The notes below the pieces were generated by a model, which saw only the letters and a list, made by a program, of their open reading frames with translations, searched no databases and was not told where the DNA came from. Both the position numbers and the translations under genes were made by a program. A stretch of 64,000 nt of DNA from the sequence record PV806337.1. The stretch is one strand, 5' to 3'. Source of the stretch: a phage. Shown piece by piece: positions 37,916-44,512 of the stretch. Each line of letters opens with the position of its first letter. The stretch's first letter is position 1.

Positions 37916-38434
37916 ATGAATGTTGATGAGCTAACACAGCACCTCTTATCCAGAGGATTTGATACAGATAAATATCATTGCTGGTTAAGTCCGGAAGGAT
38001 GGCTAACAGTCCCGTTGTATGACTTCTCCGGGATGTTGCGAGGCTATCAGACGTATAATCCTTCTGCTCCAAAAGGTCATGGTAAGTGTCCCTTTGAAGC
38101 TAAATATTTTACTTATTCTACTACCCAGTGTGTATGGGGACTAGAAACTCTCAATGGAGATGAAAAAGTAGTATTGATCGCTGAATCTGTATTTAAGGCA
38201 GTTGCGCTACATAACGCTGGTTATCCAGCCCTGGCAATGTTAGGTTCTTCTCCAGGAAAAGCGTTATTAAAGCAACTGAAATTATTACCTTTTAAATTGG
38301 TAGCTGTCGGAGACAACGATCCTGCGGGTGAAAAATTTGCTAGAAAATTAAACGGCTTTGTTTCTCCCGTAGATGTGGATGAGATGTCTACCGAAAACTT
38401 GAAAAATTTTCTTGCTATGAAGCTAAATTTCTAA
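37916..38434 (+). CDS. Toprim-domain protein (possible RNase M5-like/primase-like nuclease)
   Basis: Toprim Glu (VVLIAESVFKAV) and DxD (AVGDNDPAGEKFARKL); likely start M18 of track ORF. Confidence 0.6.
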   Translation: MNVDELTQHLLSRGFDTDKYHCWLSPEGWLTVPLYDFSGMLRGYQTYNPSAPKGHGKCPFEAKYFTYSTTQCVWGLETLNGDEKVVLIAESVFKAVALHNAGYPALAMLGSSPGKALLKQLKLLPFKLVAVGDNDPAGEKFARKLNGFVSPVDVDEMSTENLKNFLAMKLNF

Positions 38435-38440
38435 TATAAT
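38412..38440 (+). promoter_or_regulatory. T5-type promoter directly upstream of tRNA-Ser
   Basis: -35 TTGCTA, 17 bp, -10 TATAAT; tRNA starts about 16 nt after -10. Confidence 0.65.
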
Positions 38441-38455
38441 ATATCTTATAAATTC

Positions 38456-38544
38456 GGAAGAATAGCATAACGGTATTGCAGCAGATTGCTAATCTGTCGG
38501 TTTGAAATATAGCCTTGTGGGTTCGATTCCCACTTCTTCCGCCA
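38456..38544 (+). tRNA. tRNA-Ser (anticodon GCT), long variable arm
   Basis: Acceptor GGAAGAA/TTCTTCC, anticodon loop TTGCTAA, T-arm GTGGG-TTCGATT-CCCAC, CCA; T5-type promoter directly upstream. Confidence 0.8.
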
Positions 38545-38550
38545 AATTCT

Positions 38551-38628
38551 GGTTCTCAAGCTCATATGGTATGAGCACCCGGCTCATAACCGGAAGGTAC
38601 GTAGGTTCGAATCCTCGGGGAGCCACCA
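38551..38628 (+). tRNA. tRNA with CAT anticodon (Met/fMet/Ile2), non-canonical T-stem
   Basis: Acceptor GGTTCTC/GGGAGCC with G-U pairs; anticodon loop CTCATAA; T-loop TTCGAAT with bulged stem; CCA. Confidence 0.55.
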
Positions 38629-38648
38629 ACTTAATTAGGGGATTACAA

Positions 38649-38837
38649 GTGGAATTATACATAGTTTATGTTGTATTTATTCAAGATAGAGAATACCCGG
38701 ATGAATATAAAAAAGGATATAGGTTAGCCAGAGCTACCTCTGAGGCCCAAGCTATGGATAAAGTGGCAGATTATATGATTATGGTAGAAAACGTATACTA
38801 TATCGACTCCCTTGAAGCCTCAAAAGTAATTGACTAA
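38649..38837 (+). CDS. hypothetical small protein (62 aa, GTG start)
   Basis: C-terminal part of track ORF 38502..38837 downstream of two tRNAs; weak. Confidence 0.3.
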   Translation: MELYIVYVVFIQDREYPDEYKKGYRLARATSEAQAMDKVADYMIMVENVYYIDSLEASKVID

Positions 38838-38846
38838 GGAGACTAT

Positions 38847-39032
38847 ATGTCCAAGTTTCAAGAACTCAAGCAAGAGCTAGAAGAATGTGCCTGCCCTGAG
38901 TGTAGGGGAATTGGTGAAAGTTCTGATGCAGAAGCAGGAGATACTTTTTGCAATATCTGGATTTGTTCAAATTGCAACGGTACAGGTATTAATCCTAACT
39001 GCGGTGTTTCCCTAGATATTGAACGAGGATAA
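38847..39032 (+). CDS. small Cys-rich zinc-ribbon-like protein (61 aa)
   Basis: CPECRG...CNIWICSNCNGTG; RBS AAGGAG. Confidence 0.5.
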   Translation: MSKFQELKQELEECACPECRGIGESSDAEAGDTFCNIWICSNCNGTGINPNCGVSLDIERG

Positions 39033-39037
39033 TACCT

Positions 39038-39127
39038 GTGAAACTAAAAGATTATTATATTGGTTGGTTTGTGGGACTAGTAGTAGGATTTTCACTAGGC
39101 TATAATATGTATCAACTAATAAACTGA
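39038..39127 (+). CDS. possible hydrophobic micro-peptide (29 aa, GTG start)
   Basis: VKLKDYYIGWFVGLVVGFSLGYNMYQLIN; speculative. Confidence 0.2.
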   Translation: MKLKDYYIGWFVGLVVGFSLGYNMYQLIN

Positions 39128-39133
39128 TTACAT

Positions 39134-39210
39134 GGGGGTGTAATCGAATTGGCATAGGTACTGGACTTAAAATTCAGGTTTTGTGGGTTCGAATCCCACC
39201 ACCCCTACCA
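39134..39210 (+). tRNA. tRNA, probable anticodon TAA (Leu), short variable arm
   Basis: Acceptor GGGGGTG/CACCCCT, anticodon stem CTGGA/TTCAG with loop CTTAAAA, T-arm GTGGG-TTCGAAT-CCCAC, CCA. Confidence 0.6.
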
Positions 39211-39225
39211 ACTTAAGGAAATAAG

Positions 39226-39393
39226 ATGTATAGACATCCACCTCCGCCAACACGTCGTTCTAGGGAAGTCATCCTTATGGAATTGACTAAAAACTTCAAG
39301 GCAACTCTTGAAGATAGAGATTTAGGCACGGATGAAGACATTGATTTTATTTGTAGACTATTAAAGATGAAACTGGAGAAACAACATGGCTAA
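39226..39393 (+). CDS. hypothetical small protein (55 aa)
   Basis: ATG 11 nt after RBS AAGGAA; stop overlaps next start (ATGGCTAA). Confidence 0.4.
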   Translation: MYRHPPPPTRRSREVILMELTKNFKATLEDRDLGTDEDIDFICRLLKMKLEKQHG

Positions 39394-39592
39394 TCCTGAA
39401 ATTACCGCACAACGTTTCATGCTTAAAGGCATGATTGCTGAAGCAGGTATGACTCAAGAGGTTGCAGACTTTCATAAGCAATTTCTTGATATTATAACTC
39501 TAGCTAAAGAGACTGGAGAAAGAGAACACGGTGCAGCAATTATGGCTATATCTCTTATTAGCCTAGACTTAGCTGAAGAATCTGGAATTTAG
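39386..39592 (+). CDS. hypothetical protein (68 aa)
   Basis: Track ORF. Confidence 0.5.
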   Translation: MANPEITAQRFMLKGMIAEAGMTQEVADFHKQFLDIITLAKETGEREHGAAIMAISLISLDLAEESGI

Positions 39593-39622
39593 CTCCTCCA
39601 AACAGAATTTTTAAAAATGTAC

Positions 39623-39652
39623 TTGCCTTTTGCTTTAAATTTCTGATATAAT
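39623..39652 (+). promoter_or_regulatory. T5-type promoter
   Basis: -35 TTGCCT, 18 bp, -10 TATAAT upstream of 39683. Confidence 0.6.
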
Positions 39653-39682
39653 AGTTATATAAATTGATGAAGGAGTTAACTA

Positions 39683-39958
39683 ATGCAAAATCGTGTTGTA
39701 GCAACTGGTATTGAAAGTGCAATCTGTAAATCCTGGGAAGGCTGGGAAGGTGAGATTGAATGGCTTTATTTCTATGATGTAGAACTTCTACCGGAAGTTA
39801 AAGCTAAATGTGTTGAAGCTGGCATGGCTCCAGATGCAAAAGCTGATATTGATATTTCAATGTCTGAACTTAAAGGTCGTGTAATTACTGTTAGTGATGA
39901 GGGCGAAGAAGTCTTCGAACTTCCATTCTCCTTAACTGTCACTCCTAAGTTCGACTAA
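39683..39958 (+). CDS. hypothetical protein (91 aa)
   Basis: Track ORF with promoter and RBS AAGGAG. Confidence 0.55.
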   Translation: MQNRVVATGIESAICKSWEGWEGEIEWLYFYDVELLPEVKAKCVEAGMAPDAKADIDISMSELKGRVITVSDEGEEVFELPFSLTVTPKFD

Positions 39959-39994
39959 CTAATACAGCATTGGGTAAGTTCTTTAAAATTTGAC

Positions 39995-40023
39995 TTGCTC
40001 AGTGCCTTAAAACTTGGTATAAT
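39995..40023 (+). promoter_or_regulatory. promoter for tRNA sub-cluster (Tyr, Glu, Trp)
   Basis: -35 TTGCTC (overlapping TTGACT), 17 bp, -10 TATAAT. Confidence 0.6.
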
Positions 40024-40039
40024 AGTTATCTAATTTGGA

Positions 40040-40089
40040 AACATATTTAAAAGTGTTTAAACTAGTATTTGAATACTTTTAAATATGTT
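40040..40089 (+). promoter_or_regulatory. 15-bp perfect inverted repeat in tRNA leader
   Basis: AACATATTTAAAAGT ... ACTTTTAAATATGTT separated by 20 nt; right arm ends 3 nt into tRNA-Tyr. Confidence 0.6.
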
Positions 40090-40177
40090 GGATTAGTATC
40101 GTAGAGGTAGCGAAGCAGACTGTAAATCTGCCGACTCGGAAGGGTCTCGGGTGGTTCGACTCCATCATCCAACACCA
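40087..40177 (+). tRNA. tRNA-Tyr (anticodon GTA), long variable arm
   Basis: Acceptor GTTGGAT/ATCCAAC, anticodon stem GCAGA/TCTGC with loop CTGTAAA, T-loop TTCGACT, CCA. Confidence 0.8.
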
Positions 40178-40184
40178 AATTTAA

Positions 40185-40261
40185 GTCCTGTTAGACAAAC
40201 TGGTAAAGTCACTACCCTTTCAAGGTAGGATTTGCGGGTTCGATCCCCGCACAGGACGCCA
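40185..40261 (+). tRNA. tRNA-Glu (anticodon TTC)
   Basis: Acceptor GTCCTGT/ACAGGAC, anticodon stem CTACC/GGTAG with loop CTTTCAA, T-arm GCGGG-TTCGATC-CCCGC, CCA. Confidence 0.8.
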
Positions 40262-40267
40262 TTTTCT

Positions 40268-40346
40268 GCATTCCTAGAGTGTTACTGGACAGCATGTCGG
40301 TCTCCAAAACCGTACGGTCTAGGTTCGAGTCCTAGTAGGTTTGCCA
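40268..40346 (+). tRNA. putative tRNA-Trp (anticodon CCA); acceptor and D stems poorly paired
   Basis: T-arm CTAGG-TTCGAGT-CCTAG then ...G-CCA; anticodon loop CTCCAAA; weak acceptor pairing, possible pseudogene. Confidence 0.45.
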
Positions 40347-40352
40347 AAATTT

Positions 40353-40427
40353 GCACCTTTAGCTGAGATGGATTAGCGCTTGCCTGAAGAGCTTGAGAGG
40401 TTGGATCGTTACCAACGGGGTGCTCCA
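40353..40427 (+). tRNA. tRNA-like, possibly Phe (anticodon GAA), non-canonical T-loop
   Basis: Acceptor GCACCTT/GGGGTGC, D-arm GCTG...TAGC, anticodon loop CTGAAGA with mismatched stem, T-arm GTTGG-ATCGTTA-CCAAC, CCA. Confidence 0.45.
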
Positions 40428-40444
40428 AATTGAAGGAGCTGCTG

Positions 40445-40717
40445 ATGCATCCTGAAAACTTCTTTATTTACTGCGCTGATAAGTCGCTGAAACGTAGAAT
40501 TAACAAAGTCTATCATTATAGTGCTAGTCAACAGCCTTATGTATACGCTTTTGACGGTGATCACATTCCACTAGAACAATTATCTTGTGATTACATGATA
40601 TTGAAGAACTTTGATGAGACGAAGATCTCGAGCGTTCACAATCGACAGAATCCATTAACGTGGAAATATAAGAAGAAAAAGAAAGGCATCAAATTCTTAA
40701 AAAATGTAGTTGCTTAG
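40445..40717 (+). CDS. hypothetical protein (90 aa)
   Basis: ATG 40445 with RBS GAAGGAG; track start 40430 is TTG. Confidence 0.5.
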   Translation: MHPENFFIYCADKSLKRRINKVYHYSASQQPYVYAFDGDHIPLEQLSCDYMILKNFDETKISSVHNRQNPLTWKYKKKKKGIKFLKNVVA

Positions 40718-40738
40718 TTTCCAAAAGTTCTGTATAAT
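40710..40738 (+). promoter_or_regulatory. T5-type promoter upstream of tRNA-Cys
   Basis: -35 TTGCTT, 17 bp, -10 TATAAT. Confidence 0.65.
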
Positions 40739-40786
40739 AATTACATAAATTGAACTGGAGAAGCAACATGACAGAACAAGATAAAC

Positions 40787-40862
40787 CGACCGTTGGCTGA
40801 ATGGCTTAGGCGAAGGATTGCAAATCCTTTTTATGTGAGTTCAAATCTCATGCGGTCGTCCA
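40787..40862 (+). tRNA. tRNA-Cys (anticodon GCA)
   Basis: Acceptor CGACCGT/GCGGTCG, anticodon stem AAGGA/TCCTT with loop TTGCAAA, T-loop TTCAAAT, CCA; promoter directly upstream. Confidence 0.8.
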
Positions 40863-40883
40863 AATTACTAAAGGAAAGAAGTA

Positions 40884-41402
40884 GTGCATACAAAAGTTTT
40901 TGATAGTTTGGTAAAGAAAGGCGTTGTTACTAACGAGCCCTTCTATATAACCGCAGAACTAATCCAGAGATTTATGGAAGAATATATAAATCTTTCAGGA
41001 ACCAATGGTAATACCAAAAAGAATACAAATACTATGTATTCGAGAAAACTTGCTGCACTTTCCTTTATAAAGTTTAAGCAGGAAAATAAACTTCCTATTT
41101 CTGAAGGTTTTGTATACTGTATTAGTAATCCTGCATGGAAAAATCAGTATAAAATAGGTATGAGTCAAAATCCAAAAGAGAGATTAGCTCAATATCAGAC
41201 TTATTCCCCTTATAGGGATTATAAGTTAGAGCATTGGTCTTTTTGGTTTGACAAACGAAAAGGTGAAAAACTAATTCACCAGTATTTCAAAGATTTAAAA
41301 GAACATGAGTGGTTTAGTATAAATTCTAGGGATCTTAGTAAATATCTAGAACGTATTAACTCTAGTTCTGACTTATATGGTTCCTTAGCTCTAATTGGTT
41401 AG
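40884..41402 (+). CDS. T5orf172/GIY-YIG-like domain protein
   Basis: GFVYCISNPAWKNQYKIGMSQNPKERL...EWF; GTG start with RBS AAGGAAAG; last 24 nt overlap a tRNA 5' end. Confidence 0.6.
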   Translation: MHTKVFDSLVKKGVVTNEPFYITAELIQRFMEEYINLSGTNGNTKKNTNTMYSRKLAALSFIKFKQENKLPISEGFVYCISNPAWKNQYKIGMSQNPKERLAQYQTYSPYRDYKLEHWSFWFDKRKGEKLIHQYFKDLKEHEWFSINSRDLSKYLERINSSSDLYGSLALIG

Positions 41403-41456
41403 AGCGGCATCTTGTTAAGTTGAGGGTTGCTGGTTCGAATCCTGCAGGAACCGCCA
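41379..41456 (+). tRNA. tRNA, probable Asn (anticodon GTT)
   Basis: Perfect acceptor GGTTCCT/AGGAACC, D-arm GCTC...GAGC, loop TTGTTAA, T-loop TTCGAAT, CCA; 5' end overlaps CDS 40884-41402. Confidence 0.6.
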
Positions 41457-41558
41457 AATTCTGTGTAGAGTTAAGTAAACCGGTAGCCAACCAGCTATCA
41501 TTGCTGACATCGAATTCAGCCATAGATACCATTTTCGTTAATAACTGAGGAAACAAGC

Positions 41559-41744
41559 ATGTCCAAGAATGTAATTGCGCAGCTAGAAGTTCATCGTGAT
41601 AGCACTATCAACAATATTGAAGTTGAGAAGAAATACATAGAAGAACTTAAACATGATATACTGGTAAGTCTCAACCGTCTTAATGTACGAAAAGAGTTTC
41701 TTAAAGAACTTAATGCAGCTATTGAAAAACTCAAAGCTGAGTAA
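41559..41744 (+). CDS. hypothetical protein (61 aa), coiled coil
   Basis: Track ORF with RBS GAGGAAA. Confidence 0.5.
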   Translation: MSKNVIAQLEVHRDSTINNIEVEKKYIEELKHDILVSLNRLNVRKEFLKELNAAIEKLKAE

Positions 41745-41753
41745 ATGAATTAT

Positions 41754-41830
41754 GCGACCGGGGCTGGCTTGGTAATGGTACTCCCCTGTCACGGGAGAGA
41801 ATGTGGGTTCAAATCCCATCGGTCGCGCCA
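41754..41830 (+). tRNA. tRNA-Asp (anticodon GTC)
   Basis: Acceptor GCGACCG/CGGTCGC, anticodon stem CTCCC/GGGAG with loop CTGTCAC, T-loop TTCAAAT, CCA. Confidence 0.8.
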
Positions 41831-41847
41831 AATAAGGTAGGTTAGCT

Positions 41848-42006
41848 ATGGAACGTAGGGAGTTTACTCCAGAAGAGATAGAGCAGATAAAAGAATCTGC
41901 TATGAAAAATGCTAGAATATCTCTGTCACTGGAAGGTATCATTATTAGTGATGTAAACTTTGAAAAAATCAAAGCCATAGCTGATGAACTGGAAAAAGTA
42001 ATTTAA
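41848..42006 (+). CDS. hypothetical small protein (52 aa)
   Basis: Not in track; ATG after RBS AAGG. Confidence 0.35.
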   Translation: MERREFTPEEIEQIKESAMKNARISLSLEGIIISDVNFEKIKAIADELEKVI

Positions 42007-42007
42007 T

Positions 42008-42083
42008 ACATCCATAGCTCAATGGTTAGAGCTACCGCCTCTTAAGCGGAGGGTTCTAGGTTCAAGTCCTAGTGGGTGTACCA
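42008..42083 (+). tRNA. tRNA-Lys (anticodon CTT)
   Basis: Acceptor ACATCCA/TGGGTGT, D-arm GCTC..GAGC, loop CTCTTAA, T-arm CTAGG-TTCAAGT-CCTAG, CCA. Confidence 0.65.
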
Positions 42084-42109
42084 AATTAAACTAGCACGAG
42101 AAATATGCT

Positions 42110-42457
42110 ATGATTAATGCTAAAGAAGAATTGTTACTTGCCCTAAAGAATACTAATTCTGAAGTTAAGTGTATTAAGATAGAATTCGGTTATTATGGGG
42201 ATAAAGAAGTTTGGGTATTACCCGTAGGTTATACAGAAAAAGATATTGAAGATTTTCTAGATAATCTAGACTTTAAATATGATTCTGGTTTCGGCGGACA
42301 ATTGCTTTATGGTAACGTATGGTTTACCGATGGAACTTGGTTAGAACGTGGTGAATATGATGGTTCTGAATGGTGGGAATATAAGACTACACCAGCAATC
42401 CCAGAAGAATGCCGAACAATTAATGGTGAAGTAGATCGTACTTTACTATTAAATTAA
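42110..42457 (+). CDS. hypothetical protein (115 aa)
   Basis: Track ORF. Confidence 0.55.
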   Translation: MINAKEELLLALKNTNSEVKCIKIEFGYYGDKEVWVLPVGYTEKDIEDFLDNLDFKYDSGFGGQLLYGNVWFTDGTWLERGEYDGSEWWEYKTTPAIPEECRTINGEVDRTLLLN

Positions 42458-42579
42458 CAAAATTTCAGTGCAGAACACGGAGCTAGCAATTCGGAAGTGC
42501 TGACTCATGATAAGCTGCCTATGTACTTGCGAAGCGGTCGTGTCCAAGACTCGGACTCTTGCACTGAAAACAATCAAAC

Positions 42580-42700
42580 ATTCTAGCGTGGTTGATGGGG
42601 AAACCAGCTTGGCGAGGGCAGAAGCTCGTTCGATTCGAGTGAAAGAATGGTTCTCGTAAGTCCGCACAAGTGATAACAGGTTCGAGTCCTGTCTAGAATG
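42580..42700 (+). ncRNA. tRNA-like element about 121 nt, tRNA ends with expanded internal region
   Basis: Perfect 7-bp acceptor ATTCTAG/CTAGAAT, D-arm-like TGGTT-GATGGGGA-AACCA, 3' T-arm ACAGG-TTCGAGT-CCTGT, internal second T-arm-like CTCG-TTCGATT-CGAG; no CCA. Confidence 0.4.
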
Positions 42701-42711
42701 ACACTATAAAG

Positions 42712-42833
42712 TTTACTTATTATGTAGGTTCCGATAGACCGGCGGGTCTATTCTGGCATTTAAGAGAGGTCTCGCAAACTTCTTTGTCAGCCGTGGGGTT
42801 GGTAGCCTCCAGGTGGCCTACACAATAAGTAAA
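42712..42833 (+). ncRNA. structured non-coding element closed by a 17-bp long-range stem
   Basis: TTTACTTATTATGTAGG pairs with CCTACACAATAAGTAAA 105 nt downstream (16/17); internal hairpins AGACC-GGCG-GGTCT; no ORF. Confidence 0.4.
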
Positions 42834-42849
42834 TTTATTAAAAATTCAT

Positions 42850-42878
42850 TTGCTATTCTGCTTTATTATCTGTATAAT
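42850..42878 (+). promoter_or_regulatory. T5-type promoter
   Basis: -35 TTGCTA, 17 bp, -10 TATAAT upstream of small membrane ORF 42911. Confidence 0.7.
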
Positions 42879-42910
42879 ATATTTTATAAAGTGAAGAGAA
42901 GGAAAGCAAA

Positions 42911-43069
42911 ATGAAACACAAGATAGCTCAAGTTTTTATGGCATTATGGTGTATACCAATAGCTATAACAGCATTTAATCTAGATACTTTTACTATAGAA
43001 GAAAAATGTATCGGATTAGTTAGCGGTTTTATTATGCTGGGCTTATCTTTGCTGTGGTTAAAGAACTAA
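42911..43069 (+). CDS. small membrane protein (52 aa)
   Basis: Promoter and RBS GAAGAGAAGGAAAG; two hydrophobic segments. Confidence 0.4.
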   Translation: MKHKIAQVFMALWCIPIAITAFNLDTFTIEEKCIGLVSGFIMLGLSLLWLKN

Positions 43070-43073
43070 TATT

Positions 43074-43151
43074 CTCCGTGTAGCTCAGTTTGGCCAGAGC
43101 GTTTCGTTTGGGGCGATAGGGTCGGGGGTTCAAATCCTCCCACGGAGACCA
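43074..43151 (+). tRNA. tRNA-Pro (anticodon TGG)
   Basis: Acceptor CTCCGTG/CACGGAG, D-arm GCTCAGTTTGGCCAGAGC, loop TTTGGGG, T-loop TTCAAAT, CCA. Confidence 0.7.
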
Positions 43152-43157
43152 AACAAT

Positions 43158-43235
43158 TGCGGGTTAGATCTCTGGTAGAGATCGCTAGTCTCATAAGCTA
43201 GAAAGAGGTAGGTTCGATTCCTGCACCCGCTTCCA
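43158..43235 (+). tRNA. tRNA with CAT anticodon (Met/fMet/Ile2)
   Basis: Anticodon stem CTAGT/GCTAG with loop CTCATAA, T-loop TTCGATT, CCA end. Confidence 0.65.
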
Positions 43236-43255
43236 CTTTAATAGAGGATTTCGAA

Positions 43256-43423
43256 ATGAAAGTATTTCGATTAGTAGTAAGTGACAAACGTTTAGGTAAG
43301 AATACCTCAAAATCCTTACTTGCTCATTATGGAAAAGATGAGAAAGAAGTAATGGCGGAGTTTGGGATTAATCACCCTTACTTGAAAGTTCACTCTATTA
43401 AAGAAGTATATAATGGTTACTAA
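43256..43423 (+). CDS. hypothetical small protein (55 aa)
   Basis: ATG after RBS AGAGGA between two tRNAs. Confidence 0.4.
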   Translation: MKVFRLVVSDKRLGKNTSKSLLAHYGKDEKEVMAEFGINHPYLKVHSIKEVYNGY

Positions 43424-43424
43424 T

Positions 43425-43503
43425 AGATCGCTAGCTCAATAGGTTTAGTAGCATCCGACTTTTAATCGGAAGGTTCTGGGTTCGAGTCCCAGGCGATCTA
43501 CCA
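43425..43503 (+). tRNA. tRNA-Lys (anticodon TTT)
   Basis: Acceptor AGATCGC/GCGATCT, anticodon stem TCCGA/TCGGA with loop CTTTTAA, T-arm CTGGG-TTCGAGT-CCCAG, CCA. Confidence 0.8.
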
Positions 43504-43521
43504 ATTTCAAGAAAAACGCAG

Positions 43522-43550
43522 TTGCTTGATGCTTAATTTCTTGTTATAAT
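43522..43550 (+). promoter_or_regulatory. T5-type promoter driving a structured leader and tRNAs
   Basis: -35 TTGCTT, 17 bp, -10 TATAAT; followed by GAAA-tetraloop hairpin 43564-43583. Confidence 0.65.
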
Positions 43551-43563
43551 ATTTATATAAATT

Positions 43564-43583
43564 GATGAGGAGAAATCCTCATC
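43564..43583 (+). other. GAAA-tetraloop hairpin at 5' end of a promoter-driven transcript
   Basis: GATGAGGA-GAAA-TCCTCATC, about 14 nt downstream of -10 TATAAT. Confidence 0.5.
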
Positions 43584-43787
43584 ATAGTTCACTAAGGTAT
43601 TAGCTCGACCTAGGACTGGCTACCAAAAAGCACGATCCCTACGATTTGGAGAAGTTCTAGATTAGTCCACTAGATTCAGCGGCAACTGAATAGTGTATTG
43701 GGTTTGCGAGATGACGCAGTTCCTTCCGCTCGAAGCGAAGGTGCTGTAGTTACGCCGAGCTAATAGCCTTAGTAAACTAAAGAATTT

Positions 43788-43866
43788 GGGGGATGGGTCT
43801 GCTAGGGGTGGACACCTCACTTGCACCGAGGACATCAGAACGATTCGAATTCGTTATCCTCCACCA
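43788..43866 (+). tRNA. tRNA, probable Ala (anticodon TGC)
   Basis: Acceptor GGGGGAT/ATCCTCC, D-arm GTCT...GGAC, loop CTTGCAC, T-arm AACGA-TTCGAAT-TCGTT, CCA. Confidence 0.6.
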
Positions 43867-43871
43867 AATAC

Positions 43872-43948
43872 GCGTGATTGATGGAATTGGCATACATACC
43901 GTCCTTAGAAGTCGGGTTTTGAGGGTTCGAATCCCTTGTCACGCACCA
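43872..43948 (+). tRNA. tRNA, probable anticodon TAG (Leu), short variable arm
   Basis: Acceptor GCGTGAT/GTCACGC, loop CTTAGAA, T-arm GAGGG-TTCGAAT-CCCTT, CCA. Confidence 0.55.
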
Positions 43949-44073
43949 AATTTGATGGTCAGAGTAAATTAAACCTACTATCTCGGTTGAGCTGTTTTAA
44001 TGGGTTCGAATCCCAGCGAGGCGTAACTGCCTGGTGTGATAGAGGCATCATTCCACTAACATTGGAAAAACTA

Positions 44074-44304
44074 ATGAAACGAAAATTAAAAAAGTCTTAT
44101 ATAATTAAGATAAATAAGCTACGAAGTAGGGCAAAAGGATGGCCACTTCGAATATTAATTGCGGATAACCATACTAGATACCATGCGGAACAACGTCATT
44201 ACAAACAGTGGGAGTCATACTGCCGCTCAAAAGCAGGTCGTTTAGATGGATCTTATGAGTTTCTATTTGGTAAGAAGCCTACTAGAGTAGCTTTAGGTAA
44301 TTAA
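44074..44304 (+). CDS. hypothetical small basic protein (76 aa)
   Basis: Internal ATG of track ORF 43936..44304, whose N-terminus overlaps a tRNA; weak RBS. Confidence 0.3.
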   Translation: MKRKLKKSYIIKINKLRSRAKGWPLRILIADNHTRYHAEQRHYKQWESYCRSKAGRLDGSYEFLFGKKPTRVALGN

Positions 44305-44309
44305 TACTT

Positions 44310-44400
44310 GGAAGAGCAAATCGAATTGGCGACGAAAACCGCTTGGAAAGTGGCTGACTGGTAAAACGGCTTGAGAGTTCAAATCTCTCCTCTTCCGCCA
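44310..44400 (+). tRNA. tRNA-Ser-like (probable anticodon GGA), long variable arm
   Basis: Acceptor GGAAGAG/CTCTTCC, T-arm GAGAG-TTCAAAT-CTCTC, CCA; candidate loop TTGGAAA. Confidence 0.55.
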
Positions 44401-44412
44401 AACAATTTATAT

Positions 44413-44507
44413 GGTAGGTCAATCCAATGGCTGGCGTGGGACTCCGACTTGAAATCGGTTGATCGTAGTGATACGGTGTAAGGGTTCGATCCCCTTACCT
44501 ACCTCCA
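44413..44507 (+). tRNA. tRNA-Ser-like (probable anticodon TGA), long variable arm
   Basis: Acceptor GGTAGGT/ACCTACC, anticodon hairpin CCGA-CTTGAAA-TCGG, extra arm CGTA-GTGA-TACG, T-arm AAGGG-TTCGATC-CCCTT, CCA. Confidence 0.6.
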
Positions 44508-44512
44508 AATCT

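Noticed and set aside
38502-38837. Track ORF 38502..38837 spanning two tRNAs
   Set aside because: Its N-terminal part reads straight through tRNA-Ser and the CAT tRNA; only the short 3' part after 38649 could be coding
40768-40800. Ten-codon ORF MTEQDKPTVG starting right after a promoter and overlapping tRNA-Cys
   Set aside because: Too short and overlaps the tRNA acceptor stem; more likely the promoter downstream box and leader than a gene
41362-41978. Minus-strand track ORFs 41362..41556 and 41583..41978
   Set aside because: Antisense to tRNA genes and to plus-strand ORFs with good RBS; no promoter or RBS on the minus strand here
43950-44060. T-arm-like motif (TGGG-TTCGAAT-CCCA) after the TAG-anticodon tRNA
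   Set aside because: No complementary acceptor strand and no anticodon arm found; probably a tRNA remnant or chance motif
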